A stretch of 62,263 nucleotides of DNA, the filler included. It is 3 parts of 3 records of this genome, joined end to end, with 100 filler letters (N's around TTAATTAATTAA, not from the genome) between each part and the next. Parts side by side here need not be neighbours in the genome. Positions count along the whole stretch, not along the records: positions 22,538 to 49,512 come from DRR723986_4003; 2 more parts are not named here. One strand, given 5' to 3'. Of this stretch, positions 26,994 through 36,746 are shown in pieces (the first letter of the stretch is position 1; every line of letters starts with the position of its first letter). The position numbers and the translations under genes are program-made. Below the pieces are notes generated by a model, which saw only the letters and a list, made by a program, of their open reading frames with translations, ran no database searches and had not been told where the DNA came from.

Positions 26994-27767
26994 ATGAACC
27001 AGAGCGAACAGCGCGGGCTACCGGCAAGCCGCAAGGAAGCCCGGGCGCTTTGGCTGCGGGACGCGGTCCTGCGCGATGGTCCGCTGCATGTGCGCGACGC
27101 CGCCGAACGTCTCGACGTGTCCGAGATGACGGTCCGCCGCGACGTGCGCGAGAACCCGGATCTGCTGCAATTTCTCGGCGGGCATATCGTTCTGACGCAG
27201 GACGCGGCGCGGCGCGCCCCCTATGACCTGTCCGACGCGGCAGAGGTCAATCAGGACGCCAAGCGCGCCGCCTGTCTCAACTGCCTGCCCCTGCTGGAGG
27301 AAGAGGCCACGGTCTTCATCGACTGCGGCACCACCCTGCCGCATCTCGTCCATGCGATCCCCGCAGAGATGAAGCTGACCGTCATTTGTTACGCTTTTAA
27401 CATCGCGGACATGGTGGTGCGCAAACCGAACGTGAAGCTGGTTCTGCTGGGCGGGGTCTATCACCCGGCCACGGCGTCGTTCTACCCGGCGGAAGAGGAC
27501 GGCACGCTGGACGCCTATGCGATCAATCTTGCGCTGATGTCGGCGGCCGGTGTCGACCGGCGGCTGGGCGTGACCTGCACCACCTTCCGCGAGGCCGGGC
27601 TGAAACGGCTGGCCATGCGGCGGGCCGCGAAGAACGTCCTTGTCACCGACAGCTCGAAGCTCGGCATGGTGCGCCCCGCCCGCTTTGCCTCGGTCGAGGA
27701 TTTCGCGGCCGTGGCGACGGAGGACGGGTTGTTGCAGCCTTCCGACCTGCCCTACGACCCGGCCTGA
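26994..27767 (+). CDS. deoR: DeoR family transcriptional regulator
   Basis: VSEMTVRRD HTH, FIDCGTT, LLGG, DSSK. Confidence 0.9.
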   Translation: MNQSEQRGLPASRKEARALWLRDAVLRDGPLHVRDAAERLDVSEMTVRRDVRENPDLLQFLGGHIVLTQDAARRAPYDLSDAAEVNQDAKRAACLNCLPLLEEEATVFIDCGTTLPHLVHAIPAEMKLTVICYAFNIADMVVRKPNVKLVLLGGVYHPATASFYPAEEDGTLDAYAINLALMSAAGVDRRLGVTCTTFREAGLKRLAMRRAAKNVLVTDSSKLGMVRPARFASVEDFAAVATEDGLLQPSDLPYDPA

Positions 27768-27794
27768 CGCGGGCGCCGCGACGCCGGCCCCGGT

Positions 27795-28451
27795 TCAGCG
27801 GCAGATTCGCAGGACGCTGTCCTGCACGGTCGCGATATAGGCGTCGATGGTGACGCCCCGGCGGCGGTACTTGGTCCGCTTGACGTACCAATCCTGCAGC
27901 AGTGGTTTCACCAGCGCGGGCACGATGGGCGAGAGGTCGGCGCGAAAGCGCCCCTCGGCCACCGCGCGGTCGATGATCTCGGCGATATAGCGTTCGGTCA
28001 TGGCCTCGCTGTCGGTCGCCATGCGGCGCAGGTCGCGGGGAAAGCTTTTCGCCTCCATGAAGGCGAAGGTGAACCACGGCAGCATGTCCTCGGTCAGGCG
28101 GATATGCGCGTCGATCAGCCAGTCCAGATGGGCGACCGGATCGGCCCGGACCGCTTCGGGCGGGTTCGAAAGCGTATCCTCGACCGCCTGCGTCACCGCC
28201 TGAAGGATCATCCGCAACAGCGTGCTCTTGCAGTCGAAATAGGCGTAGAGCCCGCCCATGGACACCCCCGCCTCTTGCGAGAGCGCCCGCAGGGACATGG
28301 CGTGAAACCCACTTTCCGACGACAGTTTCAGCGCCGCCCCGAGGATGGTCTGGAGGCGGCGGACCGCCAGCGCCTCTTTCTGGACGGAGATCGTGGCGGC
28401 GTTGGCCTCCAGTATGGAACGGCACAGCGTCTCGGAGGGGGTCTGGGGCAT
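27795..28451 (-). CDS. TetR family regulator
   Basis: GFHAMSLRALSQEAGVSMGGLYAYFDCKSTLL. Confidence 0.9.
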   Translation of the reverse strand: MPQTPSETLCRSILEANAATISVQKEALAVRRLQTILGAALKLSSESGFHAMSLRALSQEAGVSMGGLYAYFDCKSTLLRMILQAVTQAVEDTLSNPPEAVRADPVAHLDWLIDAHIRLTEDMLPWFTFAFMEAKSFPRDLRRMATDSEAMTERYIAEIIDRAVAEGRFRADLSPIVPALVKPLLQDWYVKRTKYRRRGVTIDAYIATVQDSVLRICR

Positions 28452-28484
28452 GAGGCGGCTTCCGGCAGGGTCGGCGGTCAGGAT

Positions 28485-28547
28485 ATCGAGCGAGCGCTCG
28501 ATTGACAACCGCGCCGGGCCGCGGCTAGTTTTCGAGCGAGCGTTCGA
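28485..28547 (+). promoter_or_regulatory. Sigma70-like promoter flanked by two palindromic TetR operators
   Basis: ATCGAGCG-AG-CGCTCGAT (28485-28502) and TCGAGCGAGCGTTCGA (28532-28547) bracket TTGACA (28502) and TAGTTT (28526). Confidence 0.7.
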
Positions 28548-28572
28548 TTTTTCGACCGCGGGAGGAGGAGAC

Positions 28573-29331
28573 ATGAACAAGGAACAGTGGCCCGGCATCG
28601 CCGGGGCGGAGGCGCTTGTCACCGGGGCCTCTTCGGGGCTGGGCCAGCACTTCGCGCAGCTTTTGGGCGGCTTGGGCGCGCGGGTCACGCTGGCGGCGCG
28701 CCGCACCGACCGGCTGGAGGCGACCTGTGCGGCGATCCGCGACGCAGGCGGTCAGGCCGAAGCACTGGCGCTGGACGTGGGCGACGCCGCGCAGGTGGCC
28801 GAGGCGCTGAAGGGCCGCCGCTTCGACATCGTCATCAACAACGCGGGCGTGGCGCATTCCGCCTCTGCCCTCGACCACGGACCCGAGGACATCGACCGGG
28901 TGATCGACGTCAACCTCAAGGGCGCCTTCCACGTCGCGAAAGCCACCGCGCAGGTCATGATCGAGGCAGGGACGCCCGGCAGCATCGTCAACGTCGCCTC
29001 GATCCTCGCGCATCGCGTGGCCGGGCATACCTCGGCCTATGCCGCGTCCAAGGGCGGGCTTCTGCAACTGACCCGCGCGCTGGCACTGGAATGGGCCCGC
29101 CACGGCATCCGCGTCAACGCGCTCTGCCCCGGCTATATAGAGACCGAGATCAATCGTGATTTCTTTGCCTCGGACGCCGGTCAGGCGCTGATCCGTCGCG
29201 TGCCGCAACGCCGGATCGGGCAGGCCAGCGACCTCGACGGCGCGCTTCTGCTGCTGGCGTCTGACCTCGGGCGCTTCATGACCGGCGCCGACATTGCCGT
29301 CGACGGCGGCCACCTCGTATCCTCGCTATAG
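28573..29331 (+). CDS. SDR family oxidoreductase
   Basis: TGASSGLG, NNAG, YAASK, VDGG; GGAGGAGG RBS. Confidence 0.92.
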   Translation: MNKEQWPGIAGAEALVTGASSGLGQHFAQLLGGLGARVTLAARRTDRLEATCAAIRDAGGQAEALALDVGDAAQVAEALKGRRFDIVINNAGVAHSASALDHGPEDIDRVIDVNLKGAFHVAKATAQVMIEAGTPGSIVNVASILAHRVAGHTSAYAASKGGLLQLTRALALEWARHGIRVNALCPGYIETEINRDFFASDAGQALIRRVPQRRIGQASDLDGALLLLASDLGRFMTGADIAVDGGHLVSSL

Positions 29332-29340
29332 GAGAGCCTC

Positions 29341-30549
29341 ATGGACTTCACCATTTCCCCCCGGATCGAGGACTATCGCGCCCGCATCGCGCGCTTCGTC
29401 GAGGACGAGATCCTGCCGTGCGAAGCGGATCGCATGAACTGGGACGTTCACGGGAACATTGGCCGCCGATCGCTGAACATCCTGCGCCAGCGGGCGAAGG
29501 ACCAGGGTCTCTGGTGCCTGCAACTGCCTCCCGAACACGGCGGTCAGGGTCTGGGGCCCGTGGGCATGGCGGTCTGCTACGAGGAGATGAACCGTTCGAT
29601 CTTTGGCCCCGTGGTCTTCAACTCGGCGGCTCCGGACGACGGCAACATGATGGTGCTTGCCAAGGCCGCGACCGAACTGCAGCGCGCCCGTTGGCTGGCC
29701 CCCATCGTGTCGGGCGACGTTTCATCCTCTTTCGCCATGACCGAACCGGCGCCGGGTGGCGGCTCCGACCCGGGCATGATCCAGACCCGGGCCGAGAAGA
29801 CCGCGAAAGGCTGGCGCATCACCGGGCGCAAGTGGTTCATCACCGGGGCCGAGGACGCGAGCCATTTCATCCTGATGGCGCGCACCTCGGACGACCCGCG
29901 CCGGGGGCTGACCGCCTTCCTGCACGACCGCAAGGACGCCGGATGGCGGATCGAGCGGCGCATCGGCATCATGGGCCCCGAGGAACACGGCGGCCATTGC
30001 GAACTGGTCTACGACGGCATGGAGCTGCCCGCCGACCGCGTGCTGCTGGAGGAGGGGCGCGGGCTGAAGGTCACGCAGATGCGCCTTGGCGTGGCGCGGC
30101 TGACCCACTGCATGCGCTGGCTGGGGCTGGCGAAGCGCTGCGTCGAGATCGCCACGGAATACGCCGCGCGGCGCGAGGGCTTCGGCGTCCGGCTGGCGGA
30201 TCGCGAGAGCATTCAGGTCAAGCTGGGCGCGCTGGCCATGGGCATCGAGACCGGGCGCCTTCTGGTGATGAAGGGCGCGTGGGAGCTGGAGCAGGGGCGC
30301 TTTGCCAAGAAAGAGGTCTCGATGGCGAAGATCCACGTGGCGAACCTGCTGCATCAGGCCGCCGACACCGGCATCCAGATCAACGGCGCGCGCGGCTATT
30401 CCACCGATACGGTGCTGGAATGGGTCTACCGCTACGCCCGACAGGCGCGGCTGGTGGATGGCGCCGACGAGGTGCACCAGATGGTGCTGAACCGCCACCT
30501 CGGCGACGAGGGGCGCGGCTTCTGGACGTGGGACGTGGCGGATGAGTGA
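29341..30549 (+). CDS. Acyl-CoA dehydrogenase (ACAD10/11, LvaC-like)
   Basis: FNSAAPDDGNM, FAMTEP, GRKWFITGA, ARLVDGADEVH. Confidence 0.92.
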   Translation: MDFTISPRIEDYRARIARFVEDEILPCEADRMNWDVHGNIGRRSLNILRQRAKDQGLWCLQLPPEHGGQGLGPVGMAVCYEEMNRSIFGPVVFNSAAPDDGNMMVLAKAATELQRARWLAPIVSGDVSSSFAMTEPAPGGGSDPGMIQTRAEKTAKGWRITGRKWFITGAEDASHFILMARTSDDPRRGLTAFLHDRKDAGWRIERRIGIMGPEEHGGHCELVYDGMELPADRVLLEEGRGLKVTQMRLGVARLTHCMRWLGLAKRCVEIATEYAARREGFGVRLADRESIQVKLGALAMGIETGRLLVMKGAWELEQGRFAKKEVSMAKIHVANLLHQAADTGIQINGARGYSTDTVLEWVYRYARQARLVDGADEVHQMVLNRHLGDEGRGFWTWDVADE

Positions 30550-32098
30550 CTTCGACGCCCCGCACCTGCGGCCCCGCGCAGCGAATTTCGTCCCGCTGAC
30601 GCCGCTGGACCTGCTGGTCCGCACCTTGGCCGAACACCCCGAGCGACCGGCGCTGGCATGGCGCGACGCCAGTTGGAGCTACGCGGAGTTCGGCGCCATG
30701 GTCGCGCGGCTGACCGCTGTCTTGCGCGATCAGGGCGTCGGGCGCGGCGATGTCGTCTCGGTCTGCCTTGGCAACCGACCGGAGATGCTGGCCGCGCATT
30801 TCGCCGTGCCCGCCTGCGGGGCGGTGCTGAACGCGGTGAACACGCGGCTCTCGGGCGAAGAAGTCGCGTACATCCTCGACCACTCGGGCAGCCGCCTGCT
30901 GATCTGCGACGCGGAAACCCGGCCAAAGGCTGCGGCGGTCCCGGTCTTGCAGGTCTGCTCCACCCCCGGCGCGGGCGACGGGCTGGACCTCTTCGACGGC
31001 CCGGCCCCCGCGTGGGAGCCGCTCTGGCCCGAGGATGAGACGCACGCCATCGGCCTCAACTACACCTCCGGCACCACCGGGCGGCCCAAGGGCGTGGTGA
31101 TCACGCACCGGGGCGCCTACCTGAACGCGCTCGGCAACCTGATGGCCCTTGGGCTGTCGCCGGACACCCGCTACCTCTGGACGCTGCCGATGTTCCACTG
31201 CAACGGCTGGTGTCACACATGGGCGGTGACGGCGGCGGCGGGGCTGCACGTCTGCCTCGACCGGGTGGAGCCCGCGCTGATCCTCGACCACGTCGCGCAC
31301 TGGAACGTCACCCATATGTGCTGCGCGCCGGTGGTCCTTTATATGCTCATGGCCGAGGCGCCCGAGGACATGCGTCTGCCGGTGCGCGTCGGCACCGGCG
31401 GCGCCGCCCCCTTCCCGGCCCTGCTGGAGGCGCTGGAGGCGCGCGGCACATCGCTGGTGCATCTCTACGGGCTGACGGAATCCTACGGCCCCGCCACGCT
31501 GAACGACCCCAAGGGCCGCGAGGCACCGACACTGGAAGCGCGCGCGCGGAACCTCGCCCGGCAGGGGCGGCGGCACGTCACCTCTGGCACTGCCCGCGTG
31601 CTGGATCAGGCCGGCGCCCCGGCCGAGACGGGCCAGATCGTGCTGGCGGGCAACACCGTCATGGCGGGCTACTTCCGCGACCCCGAGGCCACCGAGGCCG
31701 CCTTCGCCGGAGGCGGCTTGCAGACCGGCGACGTCGCCCGCCATCACCCGGACGGCCAGATCGAGATCACCGACCGTGCCAAGGACGTCATCATCTCGGG
31801 CGGCGAGAACATCTCCAGTCTCGAGGTGGAAAGCGTCCTGCAAAAACACCCCTCGGTGCTGATGGCCGCCGTGGTCGCCGCGCCCCATCCGAAGTGGGGC
31901 GAGACCCCGCTCGCCTTCATCGAGTTGCGGTCAGACGCGGCAGAGGACTCGGCGGCGCTGGAGGCCTTCTGCCGCGAGCATCTGGCGGGGTTCAAGCGGC
32001 CCCGGCGATTCATCTTCGGTCCGCTGCCCAAGACGGCGACGGGCAAGATCCGCAAGTTCGAACTGCGCGACCGCGCACGGCAGGAGGCAGAGGCATGA
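30542..32098 (+). CDS. Acyl-CoA synthetase (AMP-binding)
   Basis: NYTSGTTGRPKG, YGLTE, TGD, DRAKDVIISGGENISS, LPKTATGK. Confidence 0.93.
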   Translation: MSDFDAPHLRPRAANFVPLTPLDLLVRTLAEHPERPALAWRDASWSYAEFGAMVARLTAVLRDQGVGRGDVVSVCLGNRPEMLAAHFAVPACGAVLNAVNTRLSGEEVAYILDHSGSRLLICDAETRPKAAAVPVLQVCSTPGAGDGLDLFDGPAPAWEPLWPEDETHAIGLNYTSGTTGRPKGVVITHRGAYLNALGNLMALGLSPDTRYLWTLPMFHCNGWCHTWAVTAAAGLHVCLDRVEPALILDHVAHWNVTHMCCAPVVLYMLMAEAPEDMRLPVRVGTGGAAPFPALLEALEARGTSLVHLYGLTESYGPATLNDPKGREAPTLEARARNLARQGRRHVTSGTARVLDQAGAPAETGQIVLAGNTVMAGYFRDPEATEAAFAGGGLQTGDVARHHPDGQIEITDRAKDVIISGGENISSLEVESVLQKHPSVLMAAVVAAPHPKWGETPLAFIELRSDAAEDSAALEAFCREHLAGFKRPRRFIFGPLPKTATGKIRKFELRDRARQEAEA

Positions 32099-33099
32099 TC
32101 GATTCCGACAAGACCGCATTGGCGGGCTGGCTGGACCGGCACGTCCCCGGCGGGCCCGCGCTGGACCTGCAACGAATCAGCGGCGGGCAGTCCAACCCGA
32201 CGTGGTTCGTCACATGGGGCGACCGGCGGCTGGTGCTGCGCGCCAAGCCGCAGGGGCCGATCCTGCCCGGCGCCCACGCGGTCGAACGCGAGTTCCGCGT
32301 GCAGAAGGCGCTCGGGCCGACGCCCGTGCCGGTGCCGCAGGTGCTGGCGCTGGAGGAGGACGCGGGCGTGCTCGGCTCGCCCTTCTACGTGATGGAGCGG
32401 ATCGAGGGCCGCGTCTTCTCTGACTGTACCCTGCCGGGGCTCTCGCCCGACGAACGGCGCGAGATCTACCTCGACATGGCGCGGACGCTGGCGCGGCTGC
32501 ACACGGTGCGGCCCGAGGCGGTGGGTCTTCGCGACTACGGCAAACCCGGCAATTACTTCGAGCGCCAGATCAAGCGCTGGTCGCGCCAGTATCACGACAG
32601 CGACGGTCAGCGGATAGAGGCGCTAGACCGCGTGATCCCGTGGTTGCAGGAGGCCATGCCCGAAGACGATGGCGCGGTCTCCATCGCGCATGGCGATTTC
32701 CGGTTGGGCAACCTGATCTTCGCCCCCGAAGCGCCCCGCGTGGCCGGCGTTCTCGACTGGGAGCTTTCGACGCTGGGCCACCCGCTGGCCGACCTCGGGT
32801 TCTGCGTGATCCCTTGGCACGCCACGCCCGAGGAATACGGCGGCATCCGCGGCACCGGCTGGGAGGACAGCGGCATTCCCACGCGCGAAGAATTCATCGC
32901 CGAATACTTCGCGCATTCCGACCTGAAAGGCCCCCTACTGCCCTTCCACACCGCCTTCGCCATGTTCCGCTTCGCGGTGATCTTCCACGGCATCGCCGAC
33001 CGCGCCCGCCACGGCAGCGCGGCCTCGGAGGAAGCCGCCTCCCTCGGCCCGCTGGCGGAACGCTTTGCCCTGCGCGCGGCAGAGGTGGCGGGGATCTGA
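32095..33099 (+). CDS. APH/phosphotransferase family protein (ACAD10/11 kinase-like)
   Basis: GGQSNPT, AHAVEREFRV, PFYVME, HGDFRLGN, LDWELSTLGHPLADL. Confidence 0.9.
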   Translation: MIDSDKTALAGWLDRHVPGGPALDLQRISGGQSNPTWFVTWGDRRLVLRAKPQGPILPGAHAVEREFRVQKALGPTPVPVPQVLALEEDAGVLGSPFYVMERIEGRVFSDCTLPGLSPDERREIYLDMARTLARLHTVRPEAVGLRDYGKPGNYFERQIKRWSRQYHDSDGQRIEALDRVIPWLQEAMPEDDGAVSIAHGDFRLGNLIFAPEAPRVAGVLDWELSTLGHPLADLGFCVIPWHATPEEYGGIRGTGWEDSGIPTREEFIAEYFAHSDLKGPLLPFHTAFAMFRFAVIFHGIADRARHGSAASEEAASLGPLAERFALRAAEVAGI

Positions 33100-33271
33100 C
33101 AGACGGCGGCGCCGAGGGGGGTGTTTAAAAGAGCGCGCTTAGCGCCGGTGGCGATGGGGCCACATCGGGCATCACCCGCAGGAGTGAAGATCCGGAAGAG
33201 CACGCCGCGGACATCAGAAGCGCGCGATAAAGCTGCCGAGGCAGGCGCCCCGTCCCGTAGTTTCTGGCAAC

Positions 33272-33754
33272 TCAGGCCTCGGTCGGGGCCTCGATGGTCA
33301 TGCCCCACTTCTGGGCAATCTGTACGACATGGGCGACATCCGGCGGCCCCGCCAGTGGTGCCGGTGTCGTCCGGTCGTCGTCTACGGGCGTTCCGAGTTC
33401 GGTAAAGAAGCCCTCGTGCATGTGCCCGGGTGCATTCACGATCAGGACGCGGGCTGGCGCCGAACCCAGTGCCGTAAAGGCATGGACCGCTCCATCGGGT
33501 ATCCGGACGCTTTCGCCGGCCGCGGCCCGGATGGTCTCGCCCGCGACCATGAATGCCACCTCGCCCTCGATGACGAAGAAGGTCTCCGTTTCGCCCGCGT
33601 GATGGTTCGGCGGCGCCCCGAGGCCGGGGGGCACGACGCATTCGACCATGCAGTATTTTTCACCGACCTCCCCCGGGAACGCGTGGAATGTCATCAGAAT
33701 GCCCAGCGTTTCGAAACGGCGAGGCCGGGCGGAGTCTTGTCCATGTCCAATCAC
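33272..33754 (-). CDS. Cupin domain protein
   Basis: PPNHHAGETETFFVIEG...GESVRIPDGAVHAF. Confidence 0.88.
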   Translation of the reverse strand: MIGHGQDSARPRRFETLGILMTFHAFPGEVGEKYCMVECVVPPGLGAPPNHHAGETETFFVIEGEVAFMVAGETIRAAAGESVRIPDGAVHAFTALGSAPARVLIVNAPGHMHEGFFTELGTPVDDDRTTPAPLAGPPDVAHVVQIAQKWGMTIEAPTEA

Positions 33755-33786
33755 GATTCTCTCCTTGAAAAGATGCGCTGCGACAT

Positions 33787-33824
33787 TGATGATACACCTG
33801 TCTCATCATAAGACAACAGTCTCA
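33787..33824. promoter_or_regulatory. Tandem palindromic operators between the cupin gene and TetR
   Basis: TGATGATACA-CC-TGTCTCATCA and TAAGAC-AACA-GTCTCA. Confidence 0.55.
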
Positions 33825-33839
33825 TAAAGGTGTCGCCTC

Positions 33840-34424
33840 TTGTCCCTCGAACGCCATGCGCAGAAACTGCGAACCCGAAACGCTCTTTTGGCTGCGGCCC
33901 GTCGCCTGTTGCGCGAACAGGCGACGCTGACGATCCCGTCGGTGGCCGAGGCCGCAGGCATCTCGCGTGCGACGGCCTACCGGTATTTCTCGGATGCCTC
34001 GGTTCTGGCGGCTGAGGCCGGGCTCGATATCACCATGAAACCTTACCGGGATATCGTGGAGGGCTGCGCCGATGCCCGGGAACGGGTCATCGCGGTGGCC
34101 CTGTTCTTTTTCGACCAGGCGATCCAGCATGAAGCCGAGTTCCGGACGTTCCTGTCGCGCTGGCTCGACAGCTGGCATGTCGACGGCAGCGTGCCCACGC
34201 GTGGCGGACGGCGGGTCGAGATGTTCCGGGCCGCGCTCGAGGAAGAGCGGGACCGGATCGGAGAGGAAGGCTTGGAGCGGCTCGTCCACGAACTGTCCGT
34301 CGTGACCGGGACCGAGGCGATGATTGCCCTGCTGGACGTCGCCGGATCGGATCGCGAGGCTGCGCGCGATACGGTCGCGCACATGGCCGCGGCGTTGATC
34401 AGTTTCACCCTCGGCGAGTCATAA
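33840..34424 (+). CDS. TetR family regulator
   Basis: RTRNALLAAA...VAEAAGISRATAYRYF. Confidence 0.88.
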   Translation: MSLERHAQKLRTRNALLAAARRLLREQATLTIPSVAEAAGISRATAYRYFSDASVLAAEAGLDITMKPYRDIVEGCADARERVIAVALFFFDQAIQHEAEFRTFLSRWLDSWHVDGSVPTRGGRRVEMFRAALEEERDRIGEEGLERLVHELSVVTGTEAMIALLDVAGSDREAARDTVAHMAAALISFTLGES

Positions 34425-34574
34425 ACGGAATGGCGGCAAGGCGGTCGAAGCGGCCACCCCCTTCATAGACGTGTCACGATGGTCGGCGCCTCTCCGCCTT
34501 CCGGGGCGGCGCTGTCTTTTTGACCGCGAAGAAGCGTCGTCCAGACGGTCTCCCCCTCACGCCGCTTTGCCCCC

Positions 34575-35285
34575 TTAGGCGATGGCAAAGCCGCCGTCGA
34601 TGGGCAGCAGCACTCCGTTGATGTAGCTGGCGGCGGGGGAGGCGAGGAAGGCCACGGCTTCGGCCACCTCGGACGGTTCGCCCCAGCGGCCCTGCGGGAT
34701 GCGCTCGAGGATCTTGGAGTTGCGCTCGGGGTTGTTCATCGCCTCGGTCGCCATGCGGGTCTTGACCCAGCCCGGCGCGACGGCGTTCACGCGGATGCCG
34801 CGCGGCGCCCAGCCGGAGGCAAGCGCCCGGGTAAAGGACAGCACCGCGCCCTTGGAGGCGGAGTAGCCCGGATTGCGCCCGGACCCGAAGATCGCCCACA
34901 TCGAGGCGAAGTTGATCACCGACCCGCCAGAGGCGGCCAGCAGGTCCTCGCAGGCGTAGCACAGGCGCTGGGTGCCGGTCAGGTTCACCATCATGACCTT
35001 GTCGAAACCCGCATCGGTCAGCTCTCGCTTCTCGTGCAGGATGATCCCGGCGGCGTTCACCAGCACGTCGAGCCGGTCCAGCCCCGCCACCACATCGGCG
35101 ATGGCGGCCTCGTCGGTGACGTCGAAGCTGCGGTGCTCATGACGGGCGTCCTCGATCACCTCCTCGATATCCATGCCAAGAGACAGGACACGATAGCCCT
35201 GCTCCAGCAGCTTCTTCACGCAGGCCTGTCCAAGGCCCGTTCCGCCGCCGGTGACGACCGCGACGCGGTTGACAGTTTCACTCAT
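34575..35285 (-). CDS. SDR family oxidoreductase
   Basis: TGGGTGLG, NAAG, YSASK, IDGG. Confidence 0.92.
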   Translation of the reverse strand: MSETVNRVAVVTGGGTGLGQACVKKLLEQGYRVLSLGMDIEEVIEDARHEHRSFDVTDEAAIADVVAGLDRLDVLVNAAGIILHEKRELTDAGFDKVMMVNLTGTQRLCYACEDLLAASGGSVINFASMWAIFGSGRNPGYSASKGAVLSFTRALASGWAPRGIRVNAVAPGWVKTRMATEAMNNPERNSKILERIPQGRWGEPSEVAEAVAFLASPAASYINGVLLPIDGGFAIA

Positions 35286-35297
35286 GTCGGACCTTCC

Positions 35298-36014
35298 TCA
35301 GATACCCAGATATGTGGCGCGCAGGTGCTTGTCCGCGAGAAGCTCCGGCCCGGTCCCCTCAATGGAGACCACACCGTTTTCAAGGACATAGCCGTAATCG
35401 GCCATCTTCAGCACCTGAAAGACGTTTTGTTCGATGATCAGGATCGACAGATCCTTGTGGCGGATGCGCTCGATCGCCTCCAACAAGCTGTCCACCATGA
35501 TCGGCGCAAGCCCCAGCGAGGGCTCGTCCAGCGCCAGCACGCGCGGCAGCGCCATCAGCGCGCGGCCCACCGCCAGCATCTGCTGCTGCCCGCCCGACAG
35601 CGTGCCCGCCATCTGGTTGTGCCGCTCCTTCAGGATCGGGAACAGGTCGTAGACCTCTTCGATGGTCTCGGCGCGGCGCAGGCGGGCGCGGGCGGAATGG
35701 GCGCCCACCAGCAGGTTCTCGTAGATCGTCATCTCGGGGAACAGCTGCTTGCCCTCGGGCGATTGCACGAACCCCGCCTCGACGACCTTGTGGGCCTTGA
35801 GGTTGGTCACATCGTCGCCGTCCAGCGTGATGCGGCCTTGCTGGGCCTTCAGCATCCCCGAGACGGTCTTCAGAAGCGTCGTCTTGCCCGCCCCGTTCGA
35901 CCCCACCAGCGCCACGATGGAGCGCGGCGGCAGTTTCAGGTCGACGCCGCGCAGGACCTCGATGTCGCCATAGCCCGAATGCAGGCCGGTGATCTCAAGC
36001 GCTGAGTTCTGCAT
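35298..36014 (-). CDS. HAAT/LIV-family ABC ATPase (LivF-like)
   Basis: GSNGAGKTT, LSGGQQQM, LDEPSLGLAP. Confidence 0.93.
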   Translation of the reverse strand: MQNSALEITGLHSGYGDIEVLRGVDLKLPPRSIVALVGSNGAGKTTLLKTVSGMLKAQQGRITLDGDDVTNLKAHKVVEAGFVQSPEGKQLFPEMTIYENLLVGAHSARARLRRAETIEEVYDLFPILKERHNQMAGTLSGGQQQMLAVGRALMALPRVLALDEPSLGLAPIMVDSLLEAIERIRHKDLSILIIEQNVFQVLKMADYGYVLENGVVSIEGTGPELLADKHLRATYLGI

Positions 36015-36732
36015 AGTTCTCTCCGAAATAGGCCTTGAGGACTTCGGGGCGGCTGACCACGTCGCGCGGCTTGCCGTCGGCGATGAGTTCTCCGTGATCC
36101 AGCACGATGACCCGGTCGCTGAGCGACATGATCACCTTCATGACGTGTTCCACGATCAGCACCGAAATGCCCCGCTCGCGGATGCGCAGCACAAGCTGCA
36201 CCATCTGGTCGGCCTCGCTGGGCGTGGCGCCCGCGACGACCTCGTCCATCAGGAGCAGGCGCGGCTCGGTACAAAGCGCTCGACCCAGTTCCAGCTTGCG
36301 CCGGTCGAAGGCGGTGAGGTTGTGCGCCTCTGTCGTGGCCTTGTCCTCCATGCCCAGGAAGGCGCAGATCTCTTCTGCCAGCGCGCGGTTGCGGCGGCGG
36401 TCGACGTGGTTGTTGAAGCCGCCCACCATGAGGTTCTCGATCACGTCCAGATCGCCGAAGGGTTTCGACAGCTGGAAGGTCCGCGCCACGCCCGCCTTGC
36501 AGATCGTCCAGGGCTTTTGCCCGGCGATTTCGCGCCCCTCGAAGAGGACGCTGCCCGAGGTCGGGGCCAGATGGCCCGCGATCATGTTGAAGGCGGTGGT
36601 CTTGCCCGCCCCGTTGGGGCCGATCAGGCCGAGGATCTCGCCCCGCTGCATCTGGAATGAGACGTCCTTGACCGCCTGCAACCCGCCGAAGCGCTTGGAG
36701 AGTTCCTTGACCGCGAGGATGGTGTCGCTCAT
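35995..36732 (-). CDS. HAAT/LIV-family ABC ATPase (LivG-like)
   Basis: FGGLQAV, GPNGAGKTT, RTFQ, MDEVVAG, VEH. Confidence 0.92.
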   Translation of the reverse strand: MSDTILAVKELSKRFGGLQAVKDVSFQMQRGEILGLIGPNGAGKTTAFNMIAGHLAPTSGSVLFEGREIAGQKPWTICKAGVARTFQLSKPFGDLDVIENLMVGGFNNHVDRRRNRALAEEICAFLGMEDKATTEAHNLTAFDRRKLELGRALCTEPRLLLMDEVVAGATPSEADQMVQLVLRIRERGISVLIVEHVMKVIMSLSDRVIVLDHGELIADGKPRDVVSRPEVLKAYFGENYAELSA

Positions 36733-36746
36733 GTCGCTGCCCCCTT

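Noticed and set aside
31210-32094. 629-aa extended phosphotransferase
   Set aside because: The upstream part is an alternative frame inside the acyl-CoA synthetase; the real start is the ATGA overlap at 32095.
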